Assembly: GCF_001194135.2 (NCBI RefSeq)
Contig: NC_068981.1
Coordinates: forward strand, 123,664,130-123,713,824
DNA from: Octopus bimaculoides
Taxonomy: Eukaryota
DNA: 49,695 nt
Direction: 5' to 3'
The notes beneath the pieces were generated by a model. It saw only the letters and a list, made by a program, of their open reading frames with translations, made no database searches and had not been told where the DNA came from. Positions 36,591 to 49,558 of the stretch are shown here, one piece after another (the stretch's first letter is position 1; every line of letters starts with the position of its first letter). The position numbers were made by a program, and so were the translations under genes.

Positions 36591-38469
36591 AAAGTAAAAA
36601 CTGTTTGCACAATCCTTTAGATTATAAATAACATATAATACTTAATATACACGCGCGCACACATACAAACTCATACACCGTAACACACACACACACATAC
36701 ATATAGACACCGAGAGAAAGGGAGAACGATTAGTAAAATAACCCGTATTGCCAGGACTGATGAGTAGCGATAAATGGCTCAGAATTATTCTGAGCGAAGA
36801 TCTATTCAGTTTAACAGCTGAACACTATTAGATTTCTGTTAGAAAGTCGTAGTTCAAGAAAGAAATACGCATGTAACATTCTGGTATCTAATGTATTCCC
36901 GGACCGATACACACTCGACATTGATATGTTTTGTAACTTCATTATGTAAATTACCATATATTAAGAGCGAAAGATTAAGCTACTCTGAAAGCAGTGTTGT
37001 TTGATTTGAAGCTATTGTATTTTATTCTTGAATTTTTTTAATTCTTAAAATAATTTGAATAACTAGGGAGTGGATTGTGGGAAAGTGAACTCCACATGGA
37101 AATAAAACTATTTTGATAACATGCGGAAACCTGGATGTCCAAACCAACTCCCAGATGTTAGAGTTGCAATACATACATTGTTGAAGAAATTAATTTAAGG
37201 CTTGCTATGAGCTTTAGGCTATCCGATTTTAGACCTGTGCTCATTATTGCCTTGGCAAATTTGAATATTATTATGTTGGTGTCTCAAGATATATAACATT
37301 TTTTTGCTTTTATCAGTAGAAGCACAAAAGAAAGAGGTTACTGGGTCCTCCAACTCCTGAACCTTCTACATAAAATTTGTCGTTGCTAAAGTAAAATAAC
37401 TCTAAGACTCTTAGCTGCTTGAGTAACAGAAGTCTCTGGTTATGATGCAGCCCACTGGATATAAGTATTTAAAGCACTTGTCTCTATATGTACATTTAAA
37501 GGTAGTGCGAACACGTGTAGTAGGATGGGACCTAGTGGTACAGCAGTTGCTTGGATGATCCTTAAAATGTAGGTTGTTATTTTCTAACTGTACAGCACGT
37601 TGTTGGATATTGAGATATATTCATGGACAGGGAATAGAAAAGTGCGAGAAAGCATCGTTAATGCTGATGCATTGTTTCAGTTGTATTTGAGCCACTTCTT
37701 TGCAGCTATTACCCAGCGTCAAAGCAAATATTGCAGTGTTAGAAGCTTTGATCACTTTTTGCCGATGTATTTGATGGCTATCATTGAATTACAGAAGTCA
37801 AAATTGATGTTTACATTAAATTCCTTTGTTAGAAGTGAGCAGTAGGGAACTGTTCATCTGTTCTCAGTTTCGTGCTGTCCAAATAAGGTTTGGAAATACC
37901 TATCTCCTGACTTACTTCTACCGTAATAACATGTAGTCTGTTTCACCTGTTTGTGTCTCTTCTGAGGATTTGCTGTTTTTCACACAAAGTAGCTTCCTTT
38001 TGACGACACCACAGGTTGCCCCAATCAGACTTCTAATAACTGCCAATAATCAATTTTTCAAATATTTTCTTTTCACTTTTAGTTTTTGGGTTTTGTTTTT
38101 ACTATCAAGGTATTAGTTAATTAATACAATATGCTATTCCGAATATACATGACAGTTATCCATCGAAGTTATGTTGTAAGTTCGGTTTAAGGATGAAATT
38201 ATTATTATTATTTCAAGATGGCAACATTGTCAGTGATGACTTCGAAAATCTAACTGAAATTACGTCTCTATTCAGTTAATAGAAGGAAAACACACACAGA
38301 TGGGGAAAATGCAAAAGATTTTACGTTTTGTATATTATCTTTACGTCTTTAATAAGTATCAACTTTATTAGGAATGAAACCACTAATACTATAAGCCATT
38401 ATTTTCAGAAATGTAATCCCTAGCATTGGCATACGCATATTCTTCTAATCCTCAGATAACAATGCATTC

Positions 38470-38665
38470 AGGCGAACTGACATTGCTTAGCAGTGTTTGT
38501 TCCGATTCTTTACATTCTGAGTTCAAATGCCGCCGATGCTGCTGTGCCTTACATCTTTCGAGATCGATAAAATAAAGTACCAATCAAATATTTGGCTGGC
38601 TGGCTGGCTGGTATCAACTAATTCCCTTCCTTTATAATTGCTGGCCTTGTTATCTTAATCAGAAA
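38470..38665 (+). mobile_element. SINE family A copy, diverged
   Basis: TGCTTAGCAG..TTCTGAGTTCAAATGCCGCCG..GATAAAATAAAGTACCA..GCTGGCCTTGT. Confidence 0.65.
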
Positions 38666-39793
38666 TAATTATTATATCATGGCACTTTGTAAAAAAATAT
38701 GATACATAGCTTGTACTAATTCTCCTAAACGTAAATGTAGACTACGAATCATTTTCGTTTAAACTTCTCATTCATAACGCCAGAGACTTCTTAAACTTAA
38801 TCTCTTTTCATTTTCCCAAAGATCATAGACATCATGTTAAGATAAATACTACTGAGGTTAGCTATTCTTGTCAAAATTTTCTACATCATTCATATCAATT
38901 GAAGAAGCTTTTCAAGCTGGATTAATATATACTTCAGTAATATAGTTTCCTCTGATCGTAACTTCACAAATTCAAGGAAATGCCTCCTCAAATTGTCCTT
39001 TGAAACTCTAACTTGCTGAGTTACATCTAAATCGAAAATAATACCACCTATGAATTGCTATTAAGTTCAATTTTATTAATATATTCTTACTTAAGAATCG
39101 TAAAAGAATGTTTTCTACAAGCCTCTACTTTCATATTTGGCTCCAAATGGAAACATGGTTTTGTCATGTAAGTTATATGGGAGATACTCGATTATGCTAC
39201 TCCACTGGCACATAGAATAGTAGAAGTTCTTGTTGAATGAGAAATTATATTTCAATTTGGTAATGCTATGAATGCTTGAGATATCTGCAAACATGCTTCA
39301 AAATTCTTACCTTGCAGTTAAATCTTTCTTAGTTACTGACTGAAGCAAAACAAAATGGAATAAAAATATATTCTATACTTTGTATCTCGACATTCAAAGG
39401 TATTAAGAGATGCATATTTGCCCAGACTTATTTCACGTGTGTTAATCTTTTGAACAAATCTAATTCTCAACCTAAATCTAATTCTTTCACTTTCGCACTT
39501 AAAGCATTACACACGTACATTCATAGACGCAAAAAGATATGCATGTATATATATATATATATATATATGTATATACGCACNNNNNNNNNNNNNNNNNNNN
39601 NNNNNNNNNNNNNNNNNNNNNNNNNNNNNNNNNNNNNNNNNNNNNNNNNNNNNNNNNNNNNNNNNNNNNNNNNNNNNNNNNNNNNNNNNNNNNNNNNNNN
39701 NNNNNNNNNNNNNNNNNNNNNNNNNNNNNNNNATATATATATATATATATATATACTTGACAGAACTGGAGTCAACAAGAAGGGGTACGGTTG

Positions 39794-40218
39794 AGCATTT
39801 ATTTTTTTCATCATTACAAATGTTTCCACGCAACGTGGTTCTTCGGTATTTGATTGTGCAGGTACTTGATTATGCAACTGTTTCCCTGCATTGTGAGATC
39901 TAGTTGTGTTTCCTCAGGCTCTATGTAACTATTGTCTCCGTAAGATTAAAAGCCTCGACTTCAAGAGCATCTTCTCTGTCTGTCGTGGCCTGAATTTAGT
40001 AGTAGCCACTGAGGTTATCAGGTTGTGTTGTTGCCGAACGGCCATTAGCAAACTGCTTTGAGTATGTAGATGTAGTGGGATGGTGTTTCTGGTACTGTTT
40101 AAGTGGTTGCCGTTTTAAAGTGACTGGCATTTGATTTTTGTAATGTTGATTTGTTCTTCGTGGCTGGTTACACGTGCGATTGTCCTTAACTGACCTTTAA
40201 AATTCGGCCTATACGTAC
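39794..40218. repeat. Unclassified repeat, left arm of a ~420-bp inverted pair
   Basis: Reverse complement of 42296-42706, roughly 85% identical by eye. Confidence 0.85.
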
Positions 40219-40379
40219 GGACACATACACACGCTCAGACACATATACACATACACACATACACTGTCAAACGCACACCCACACTCATAGACGCGTATAC
40301 ACACATATATATATATATAAATATTCACATACATATGCACATGTACATACACAAATGCTCGTGTGTGTATACACATACT

Positions 40380-40417
<38 letters not shown>

Positions 40418-40525
40418 CATATACTTACATACACACACACTCACACACACATGCGTATATATATAGAGAGAAATACAACTCAACACGCCCATACATGGAT
40501 AGGAGAAATATGAGAAGGAGAGAGT

Positions 40526-41281
40526 TCACTGAACTATTATTATTTCACTGTGCTGAATCTGGAAAATGCATATTTGGGATATCTCGGTATTTTCTCAGCA
40601 TGCTTGTTTTCCAAGTTTTCGTTACTTAACAAGACAACACAGGGTATGGTAGCAATAACAAAAATAGACACAATAGGAATCACAAAAAAATGGATAGCGA
40701 CCCCGACTGTTATAACAGAATTCAAACAAAAGCTCAAAAAAAATCATCAAAAAAGCAAAGCATCAAGAACACTTCAAACACTGCTAATCAACCGTAATAT
40801 CACAAAATCAAAAATAAACCTCACTAGATAGCTACGAATATTATAATGATGCAAATAATTGCAGCTGTCACACGAAATATGCATATCCGCTCCGGAACCA
40901 ATGCATGCAAAAGATACAACATAAACAAATGCACAATCACCAAAACACAACACAAATACGCATATAAAGGAGTCCCCTGAAAACCAATTTAAGGTCCGTT
41001 ATCACAACCATATCTTCTCATTCCGCAAGAAAAGCCGGCCACACGCAACATCACTAGCAGACCTAATATGGAGAGTAAAGGAAGGAAAAATAAAATATGA
41101 AATAGAATGATCAATGATAAAAAATGGTGATGTGATTTGTGCTTCGAGAATGTCTTGTGCATCCTGTTAAGTAACGAAAGCTTGGAAAACAAGCATGCTG
41201 AAAAATACCGAGATGTTCCCACCGCACAAAGTATGAATTTTCCAGATTCGTCACAGTGAAATAACAATAATTATTCAGTGA
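40526..41281 (+). mobile_element. 5'-truncated Penelope-like element with inverted 5' copy of its 3' end
   Basis: CPLRNQCMQ..ENQFKVRYHNHIFSFRKK..ATSLADLIWRVKEGKIKYEIE..CDLCFE (GIY-YIG); 40526-40631 is the reverse complement of 41165-41281. Confidence 0.8.
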
Positions 41282-41479
41282 CAAATTTATGCGTGTCTCA
41301 GGTAGTATTTCTCTCTCACTCTCTCTATATATATATACGTATGTGCTTCTGTCCGCGTGTTTACAATGCATCAATGTATGCATCTACATAAGTAAATATA
41401 TGTATATATGTGTGTGTGCATTCATAGTCGGGTTTATGTTTATGTATATGCGCGCGAGAGTATGTATGTACGTATATTC

Positions 41480-41671
41480 ATAATGTTTATGCATGTGCGT
41501 ACGCGTATATATCCGTATATGTGTGCATGAGTGTATATCCGTATGTATGTATCTATGTGTATATATATGTATGTATATATGTGTGTATATAGGTATAAAT
41601 GTATATTTATATATGTATATGAGTGTATATATATATATGTGTGTGCGTGTGTGTGTGTGTGGGTGTGTGTG

Positions 41672-41703
<32 letters not shown>

Positions 41704-42250
41704 AGTGGTGTGCGTGTGTGTTTGTGTATGTATGTTTATATATGTCTTTATATGTGAATGTGTGTACATACCCGTATATGTGAGCGTGTGTATATACATA
41801 TGTATATATATCTGTAGATGTATCTGTATATATATGTATATATGTATGTGTGTATGTTTATGTATATGAATGTATATATATATATATATATATNNNNNNN
41901 NNNNNNNNNNNNNNNNNNNNNNNNNNNNNNNNNNNNNNNNNNNNNNNNNNNNNNNNNNNNNNNNNNNNNNNNNNNNNNNNNNNNNNNNNNNNNNNNNNNN
42001 NNNNNNNNNNNNNNNNNNNNNNNNNNNNNNNNNNNNNNNNNNNNNNNNNNNNNNNNNNNNNNNNNNNNNNNNNNNNNNNNNNNNNNNNNNNNNNNNNNNN
42101 NNNNNNNNNNNNNNNNNNNNNNNNNNNNNNNNNNNNNNNNNNNNNNNNNNNNNNNNNNNATATATATATATATATATATAAGTGTGTGTATGTGTGTGTG
42201 GGAGTGTGCGTGTGTGCACATGTCCGTATGTATGTGTGTATGTGTCCCAG
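41480..42250. repeat. Compound (TA)/(TG)/(TATG) microsatellite field with assembly gap
   Basis: Direct read; source of the many low-complexity ORFs. Confidence 0.9.
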
Positions 42251-42295
42251 CGTTACTACGTATATGGAAGTACATGTGAACCAACACGTAACTGT

Positions 42296-42706
42296 ACGTG
42301 TAGGCTGAATATTAAAGGTCAACTAAGGACAATCATTTGTGTAACCAGCCACGAAGAACGAATCATGAAATCAAATGCCAATCCCTTTAAAACGGCAACC
42401 ACTCTAACTGTGCCAGTATTACCATCCCACTACATCTGCTCATTCAAAGTAGTTTACTAACGGCCATTCGGCAACAACATACCCTGATAAGCTCAGTGAC
42501 TACTACTAAATTCAGGCCACGGCAGACAGACAAGATGTTCTTGAAGTCGAGGATTTTAAACTTACGGAGACAATATTTACATAGAGCCTGAGGAAACACA
42601 ACTAAATCCCATAATGCAGGGAAACGGTTGCATAATCAAGTACATGCACACCTGTAGAACTAGGTTGCGTGGAAACAATTGTGGTGTTTAAAATAATAAA
42701 TGCCCA
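42296..42706. repeat. Unclassified repeat, right arm of the inverted pair
   Basis: Reverse complement of 39794-40218. Confidence 0.85.
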
Positions 42707-42889
42707 GCTGTTATTGCATTTAGATATCAAAGTATGATCCGATTCTAATGAACTCAGCAGGAGCGTTTGACACCACGTCTAAAAAAGATTGTTTATTTAT
42801 ATTCGCAGTTAGACTGTCGTGTCTGCTATTTCATTATTAAATAATGTATTCTGCAATGTATATGTATGTCTTTCATTCTTCTTTTGATT

Positions 42890-42952
42890 TGTTTTCTCTT
42901 TGGGGTGGAGAGTTACAAACAACAAAGAATAGACTCAATGTAAGTTATTTTG
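42890..42952 (+). repeat. 63-bp direct repeat, copy 1 (putative TSD)
   Basis: TGTTTTCTCTTTGGGGTGGAGAGTTACAAACAACAAAGAATAGACTCAATGTAAGTTATTTTG; 1 mismatch to 44989-45051. Confidence 0.9.
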
Positions 42953-44988
42953 TGGAAGGCAAGATCTTTATGGGAATTCTTTCGAGGAGAACAGTGACAT
43001 ATTCACAGAATAACGGATATGTTGATGAATCTGTTCAAAAGGCTGGAATCCCTGGGATCTCTGGATGCCTTAAACATTGTTTTTCGATTTAGAAAGCGAT
43101 CCAGGATGCCAAACAGAACAAGAGAAGTCTGAACGTGGTATGGCTTGACTTAGCTAATGCATATGGCTCAGTGCCACACGAATTACAGATAAGAGCCATG
43201 GACCACTTTCACATTCCAGACAAAGTGATCAAAATAATGAGGATGTACTATGACAGTTTCGAAATGAGGCTTACAGCAGGAGATTTTACAACAGATTGGC
43301 AACGATTGGAGTTTGGCATTGCTGCTGGGTGTACAATATCTGTCACGTTGTTTATCTTAGTCATGGAGATGATTTTGAAAGCTGTGGATTTTTCCGAACA
43401 AATCGCCCATGCACCATCGCCTAAGAAAGCCTTCATGGATAACGTGACACTTCTAGCTACAGATATGATTTGTTAATCATACAGAATGCCGTCTTAAGAC
43501 TAGACGAACTTGAGAGGTGCTCAAGGATGCGGTTTAGAGCAAAAAAGCCATGTAGTCTGACATTTGTTAAGTAAGTGCAGAAATAATTTAAGTTTCGAAT
43601 AGCTGAAGTAAGCATTCCAAAAGTCAAAGAAGAACCCGTCAAGAGCTTGGGACGTGTATACGCTGGAACATTGTCAGATAGAAGTCGCGGAATGGAAATT
43701 ATGAAACAAGCCGAGGTTGGATTATCAGCGATTGATAGCTCGAAGTTACCAGGTAACTATAAAATTTGTTGCTTGCAGTTCGGCTTGTAGCCGCGACATT
43801 CGTGGCCACGTTTAATATACGAGGTAGCCTTGTCACGAGATCAGATCATTGAACAAAAATGCAATGTGTTAATTAGAAAGTGGCTAGGCCTACCTCAGAT
43901 GTTGAACAGTTCAGCTCTTTATCGTAAAAGAGGTTCGTTGCAGTTACCACTCGCGTCAATAGTCAAAATATATAAACTGGGGAAGATACGGGCGGTGATG
44001 GTGCTGAGAGAATCGAAGGACATGGAAATCAGGCGTAACCCACCAGAAGTGAAAACAGCCACGAAGTGGAAAGCAGAAGCAGAGATTGATGACATTCTGT
44101 CTTCTCTTACACACAGATATACGGTGGGTGCAACGCAAAAGTATCTGAAAGGACTTGGTTTTGACGCAGATCAGTTCAGATAATTTGCGATTATGATGAG
44201 GATCGAATGCAGATCTGTAGTTAGCAACAGCGTCAAAACGAGGGAAGCAGAGAGAAGAGAGCTTCTTTTGATCCTATGTATTCAAAAAGGACGATGACGA
44301 TATTGGAAGAACATATTGAAAGGAAAATAAGTTGGGATGTCCTTCAGGTTATCTTCAATGCTATAAAGAACCAAATTGATCTCAACAACAGTGAGAGAAA
44401 CCATTGAAAGTACCAACTAGAGATTTAATTATCTTCGTGCGCTCAGGTCACCGGATCCGTTTCACGAAGAAGAACAAGAAACTTCCTGTGAGAGATGAAA
44501 AGTGGAACGGCTATTGGGAGATGACTGCAGACTTACCAGGGTGTCAGGGACTCTTTCCCATCCCAATAACGAAAATAACACGGACATTTTAATGTGGTGT
44601 GAAGACGCAGGCTGGAAAGCGGAGCATTTTCCAATCGAAGTCGGATGTAGAGAGTTTGTTGGACAGTGTAATATAACTGTTATTATCGTTAGGCCTAACT
44701 CATCGTAAGGTAAATAGCACCATGACCGATATCCAAACTACAGTAGAGAAGGTTAGCCACTGTATTTGGTTAAAAAGAGACGATGAGCGGTGGCTAGAAA
44801 ATATCGAGCTATATTTAATAACCAGTTGATCTAGCAAGCGGGCCTCATTTAAGTGAAGGGGGCTGGTGCGCATTGATGCGCGAGAGGTTGGCCCCGAAAC
44901 GGCGCGCATTATGTCATACACTTGCTGGATTCCGGTATGCGGTGCTCTCGACTGGTAGCTCTTGCATGTGCAAGTTGTTTGCAAGACA
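42953..44988 (+). mobile_element. 5'-truncated Hero-clade (RLE-type) non-LTR retrotransposon, degenerate
   Basis: AGIPGISGCLKH..VWLDLANAYGSVPH..GIAAGCTISVTLFILVMEM..KAFMDNVT (RT); RKWLGLP..LYRKRGSLQLP; CEDAGWKAEHFPIEVGCR..SHCIWLKR (RLE C-terminus); frameshifts and stops; flanked by a 63-bp direct repeat. Confidence 0.85.
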
Positions 44989-45051
44989 TGTTTTCTCTTT
45001 GGGGTGGAGAGTTACAAACAATAAAGAATAGACTCAATGTAAGTTATTTTG
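44989..45051 (+). repeat. 63-bp direct repeat, copy 2 (putative TSD)
   Basis: Matches 42890-42952 except C/T at one position. Confidence 0.9.
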
Positions 45052-46149
45052 GTTTCAGTCTTGTAATTTCAAACTTTAATTATTTATGTGGCTAGTGAGT
45101 ATTGTTAAGCAAGGATTCCAAATCACGATCCGATTTTTAATCGTTTCCTCAATAAGAATACCGTTCATATTTATAAATTGATTCGTTTCATCTTTTCGCA
45201 ACGCACCCCATAGTATTGTATTTTACCTCGAATTCTTTAAAAATATTTTTTAAATTCTCTGTTGCTAATTTTCATAAAGGTAACACACTTATGCCAATGC
45301 TTTGAGAATATGTGGATACAGGCTGTTGATAAATATGCCAGTTATCCAGTTATCAGAGGTACAATCTTTACAGATTTTATGTTCCTAATTCTCGTAATCT
45401 CATATTTTAACAGGTTTTATCTTTTCAATTTTACATTTGCTTTCTTGAGAAGAAAGCAGATGTAAAATTGTCCTACTATCAAATGTACATGTTAGATAAA
45501 TATGGGAATTCTATTTTTCTTACCTACTAGTTATGTCTTCCTAATGGCCTGTAATTTTCTCCCATGATATACGAATAATGTCAAAAATGTTATTTTATAA
45601 AGTAACAATTCATAGACTGGCCTTCAGTGTAGTTTCAATTTCCTTGGAATTAGCTCTTACATGCAATAATTTACTAGCATTGAAGACTTTTATCATTATT
45701 ATCGTCTTGACTCAGGATTAGTCTCATTCCTGATAATATTTATGTGAGTAGTGTCATTGGATTATTTAAATCTTCTCCTTGTAACATTAAATAATCAAAT
45801 GACACAATACGATGTTAAAATCTGTTGACGATTCTCCAATTATTTCTTAATTAATGCAACAAATCCTTTGGAAATTCTAACTTAGAATATTTATCCTTCC
45901 TAGCTACAGCATTGTGATTTTGAATGGAAAATCGAAATTTCATTTGATAAAGAAGAGATTTTCACCTCTAGTAATCCCATATATCAAAACTTTGCTGTTA
46001 TGCCACGCAGAAATATATCTAATTGTGTGTTATTTTATAAGTATTTAATCTACAGCTTTCGTTTGAAAACAGAATTCTCATATGCTTCTTTTTAGAATAT
46101 TCGAATATCATTTGCCATACTAAAGTCCCACATGTTATATTTCTAACCT

Positions 46150-47150
46150 TCTAGTACTTTACTAAGTTCATGTGCTTGATCTTGTGCTGCTACTAACAAA
46201 CTTTCTGTCTCCCTCTTCTGCCTTCCTTTCTGCAACCATAACCATATCTCACTACTACTATTTGCAGCAACTATCTTTGGGAATCAACCATGTTCTTAAT
46301 AAGTTTTCTCCACTATCATCTATATAGGTGTCTAACTCCGTGCAGTCTTCAACTTCCTTTCTAGGTGAGTATAACCTTACTACTCCTGCTCTTGGGTGGA
46401 ATCTTCCATTTATAATGAATTCCTTTCTAGATGTTTTGTCCAGCTTTCCTAATTCAGTTTTTGTCACATCTACATAAGCTGCCGAGTATCTAAGTAATTA
46501 TATTGCCCAAGTATTTGTAGCCTTCACTACATTCGAAGCACTTAGCTTTGACTTCATTAGCTCCCTCAACCCTCTCATGTACTCTTTCTCAATTTTCGTT
46601 TTCATTTCTACAGTCAGTACTGTCAGATTCTAAAACTCCAAGATATTTATAACTCTTCTTTTTCAATGACTTTAATGTCTGGCAATCTGGTAAATGAAAG
46701 CCTTCACTATTGACTACCTGTCTTCTTTTCATTACTAATATTGCACACTTATCTTTGCTAAAGAGTCTAACAGTCTATATTAAGGAATTTATCTCTTTTT
46801 CATTCTTACTAAAAAGTTTCAGCTCGTCCATGTAGAGCAACTGATTCATTTTTCTTTTACTATTTCAGAACTGATACCCTGCCTTTGCTCTCCTTAATAC
46901 TAAACTGAGGGGGATCAAACATAAGACAACTATTAAAGGGGATAACGAGTCTCCTATGAAAATTCCTCTCTTGATATCAACTTTTCTTAAGACTGTGTCA
47001 CGTGAGTAGAGATCTACTTTCCATTTCTTCATTCTAGGGCTAATTAATTCTCTTATGCTGTCTGCTACACTGAATATACACAAACATTCACTTATCTATG
47101 AGTGTGGAATCATATCATGGGCCTTGTGTGTGGGATCATGGTATAGGTCT
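46150..47150 (-). mobile_element. R4/Dong-type non-LTR retrotransposon RT fragment, degenerate with deletions
   Basis: IKRGIFIGDSLSPLIVVLCLIPLSLVLRRAKAGYQF; QLLYMDELKLFSKNE; YKYLGVLE; KATNTWA..LRYSAA; HPRAGVVRLYSPRK; ETESLLVAAQDQ. Confidence 0.85.
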
Positions 47151-47284
47151 TGAGTGTGGGATCATGTCATAGGCCTACAATTTTAGTAAGACTCCTTAAT
47201 GCAGGCCCTGAGTGATAGTGAACACTGCCCAGGATGTTCAATGGGATTGTATGCATATGTCTCTACCCCACAAGACCACCGAGA

Positions 47285-47406
47285 CATCATCATCATCATC
47301 ATCATTATTACCATTATTACTATTATTATTATTATTATTATTATTACTATTATTATCATCATCATCATCATTATCATCATCATCATCATCATCGTTATTA
47401 TTATCA
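47285..47406. repeat. (ATC)/(ATT)n microsatellite
   Basis: Direct read. Confidence 0.95.
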
Positions 47407-47509
47407 CTAAAATTTCTTTACAGATGTATTTTTATCAGTGGGAACACTTACATCTATTAGTCTACAAGTATTTTCTTCCCTGTCTTTAATAATTATGTCT
47501 GGTTGATTA

Positions 47510-47860
47510 GCCTGGCTCAGTATGATGTTCATACCAGTAATTGTGAATGCTGCTTTCGTAGTGCTCACATATTTTCCAATACAAATACTGTCCTACCTTA
47601 TCGTGACGATTTTTCCATTCGTTTGGTGTCAGCCCAGGACATCCCGAGACGAGATTGTTTATTGTTTCGTCAAACCTGTGGCAGAATCTGCATTTAGGAT
47701 CAGAACCGTTTTGAAGAACGTTAGCGTGATAGTTTTTGGTAAGCAAGCTTTGATGTTGTGCCGCCATTATGAAACCTTCAGTCTCTGCTTCCCTTTACCT
47801 CTGCTTGTCAATTTCAACGTTTCCCAGTCGTCTCTAATTTATGTTAGCTCTCTCTCTCTC
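47510..47860 (-). mobile_element. R4/Dong-type element fragment (CCHC-finger region)
   Basis: ORF 47507..47767: ETEGFIMAAQHQSLLTKNY..DPKCRFCHRFDETINNLVSGCPGL..KNRHDKVGQYLYWKIC; 5' end abuts (GA)n. Confidence 0.85.
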
Positions 47861-48503
47861 TCTCTCTCTCTGATTCTCTCTTTAATCTCTCTCCCCTTCT
47901 CTGAATATGATGTGAAGGGTAACAGAAAGCAACCACACCATCCAGTCTACATTTATATCGGCTATTATTATATAGAGATGGTAGTTTTTCTAGACGTAAC
48001 GGTTTCGTATATCATTCACATATTCAGTTAATAGCTTTCTGGATTGTACTTTGTATAAGATGCAACTGAATTTTTGCAAATAACATAGTCATACTCCATT
48101 TACCTCTGTGAATAAATAATTATATCTATATTATCATCGAACAATGAACTTTCGATTATTTTCTAAATTGCTTAGTACTAGCTATTGCAATCAAGGTTTT
48201 GTTAAACATTTTAAAATATTGATTTTAAATTTCAAACAAACTTAAATAAACTGTGGATATGACTAGTGTTCAAATTGACCGCTTTTAATTTGTAACGATG
48301 CAGCCGACAACGAGCCTAAGCGAAATATGAGTTCACATGGACTGTTCATCACCAACAAATATTGATATTTCACAAGACTGAGTAAATTCCCGCAAAATTA
48401 TCCAGAAGTTTATCATTTATGAATATATGAGCATGTCTAGACATGCAACAATATGCACGAAAATACATAATACAAAACACACAAATCTACACGTATACAT
48501 ACA

Positions 48504-49128
48504 TACAGAGCTTAGAGAAAATAATGGAAACATCTAGCATCATAGCATAATGATTTTCAAATATCTATAAAACCGTCAAAAGCTTGTTTATTTTTATGTT
48601 TTTTTAAATTATTATTAGTGTTGCGTAATATGATTTGCTAAAATTGCTGTTTCTTTTTAGATATCATCAGAAAAAGGTAATTAAAATTCATTAAGATGAC
48701 AGATCTATCGAATTTTCAAAGAGGTCAAATTGTTGGTGCTCGTATGGCTGTCAGGTGCTAGCAGAACGAAAACAGCCGAAATGTTTGGTGTATCAAGAAG
48801 TACTGTCTCGAAAGTAATGACAGCCTTTGAGAAAGAGGGGGAAACCTCATCATCAAAACAAAACTCCGGAAGAAAACCAAAACTTTCAGATAGGGACCGT
48901 CGGATACTTAACGCGAATTCTCAAAAAGGATCACAAAAGTACAGCTCCCAAAATTACTGCTTAATGGCTACCTTGAGAACCCAGTTTCCACAAAAAACTG
49001 TTCGCCGGGAGCTGTAAAAAGCTGGATTTCACGGGAGGGCTGCATCAGAAAATCACTACTTTCGAAAACAAACGTTGTAAAGTGTTTAGAGTGGAGTAAA
49101 AACCTACAGCAGTGGAAGAATGTTATTC
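48504..49128 (+). mobile_element. 3'-truncated Tc1-family DNA transposon (left TIR + transposase N-terminus)
   Basis: TA|CAGAGCTTAGAGAAAATAATGGAAACA left end; ATG at 48696: MTDLSNFQRGQIVGARM..TAEMFGVSRSTVSKVM..GRKPKLSDRDRR..TVRREL..AGFHGRAA (paired-like HTH), frameshifted. Confidence 0.85.
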
Positions 49129-49254
49129 AAGTATATGTGAGCAAGTCTAGACATGCAACTATATGCATGAGAATACACACATAGAATAAAATATACAAAT
49201 CTGTACAAATGCATACATACAAAAATACACTATTGATGTTGAAATTCTGCACGA

Positions 49255-49373
49255 AGGCATACATACATACATAAATACATACATACACACACACACATGC
49301 ATGCATGTATACATACATACATACATACATGCATGCATGCATGCATGCATACATACATACATACATACATTCA

Positions 49374-49404
<31 letters not shown>
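49255..49404. repeat. (TACA)/(TGCA)n microsatellite
   Basis: Direct read. Confidence 0.9.
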
Positions 49405-49558
49405 TGATGTCATAAGATGTTATAAACTTTCGAGAGTAAGTGTAATAATTCTTTTGGAAATATTGGATCTCGAGGAATACTACAAAATACTAAAAAATAA
49501 TTGCATGAGGACATTGTGTTAAAAAACCCTTTTGGATAGAAAAAGTCGAGAAAAAAAT

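Noticed and set aside
44895-44975. HDV-like ribozyme reading of the Hero 3' UTR pseudoknot
   Set aside because: No P1.1 GG, P4 or catalytic C-containing J4/2 segment could be placed
17-49522. Numerous 60-320 aa ORFs rich in I/Y/H/T/C/V/L or X
   Set aside because: They are translations of microsatellites or read-through of N gaps, not genes
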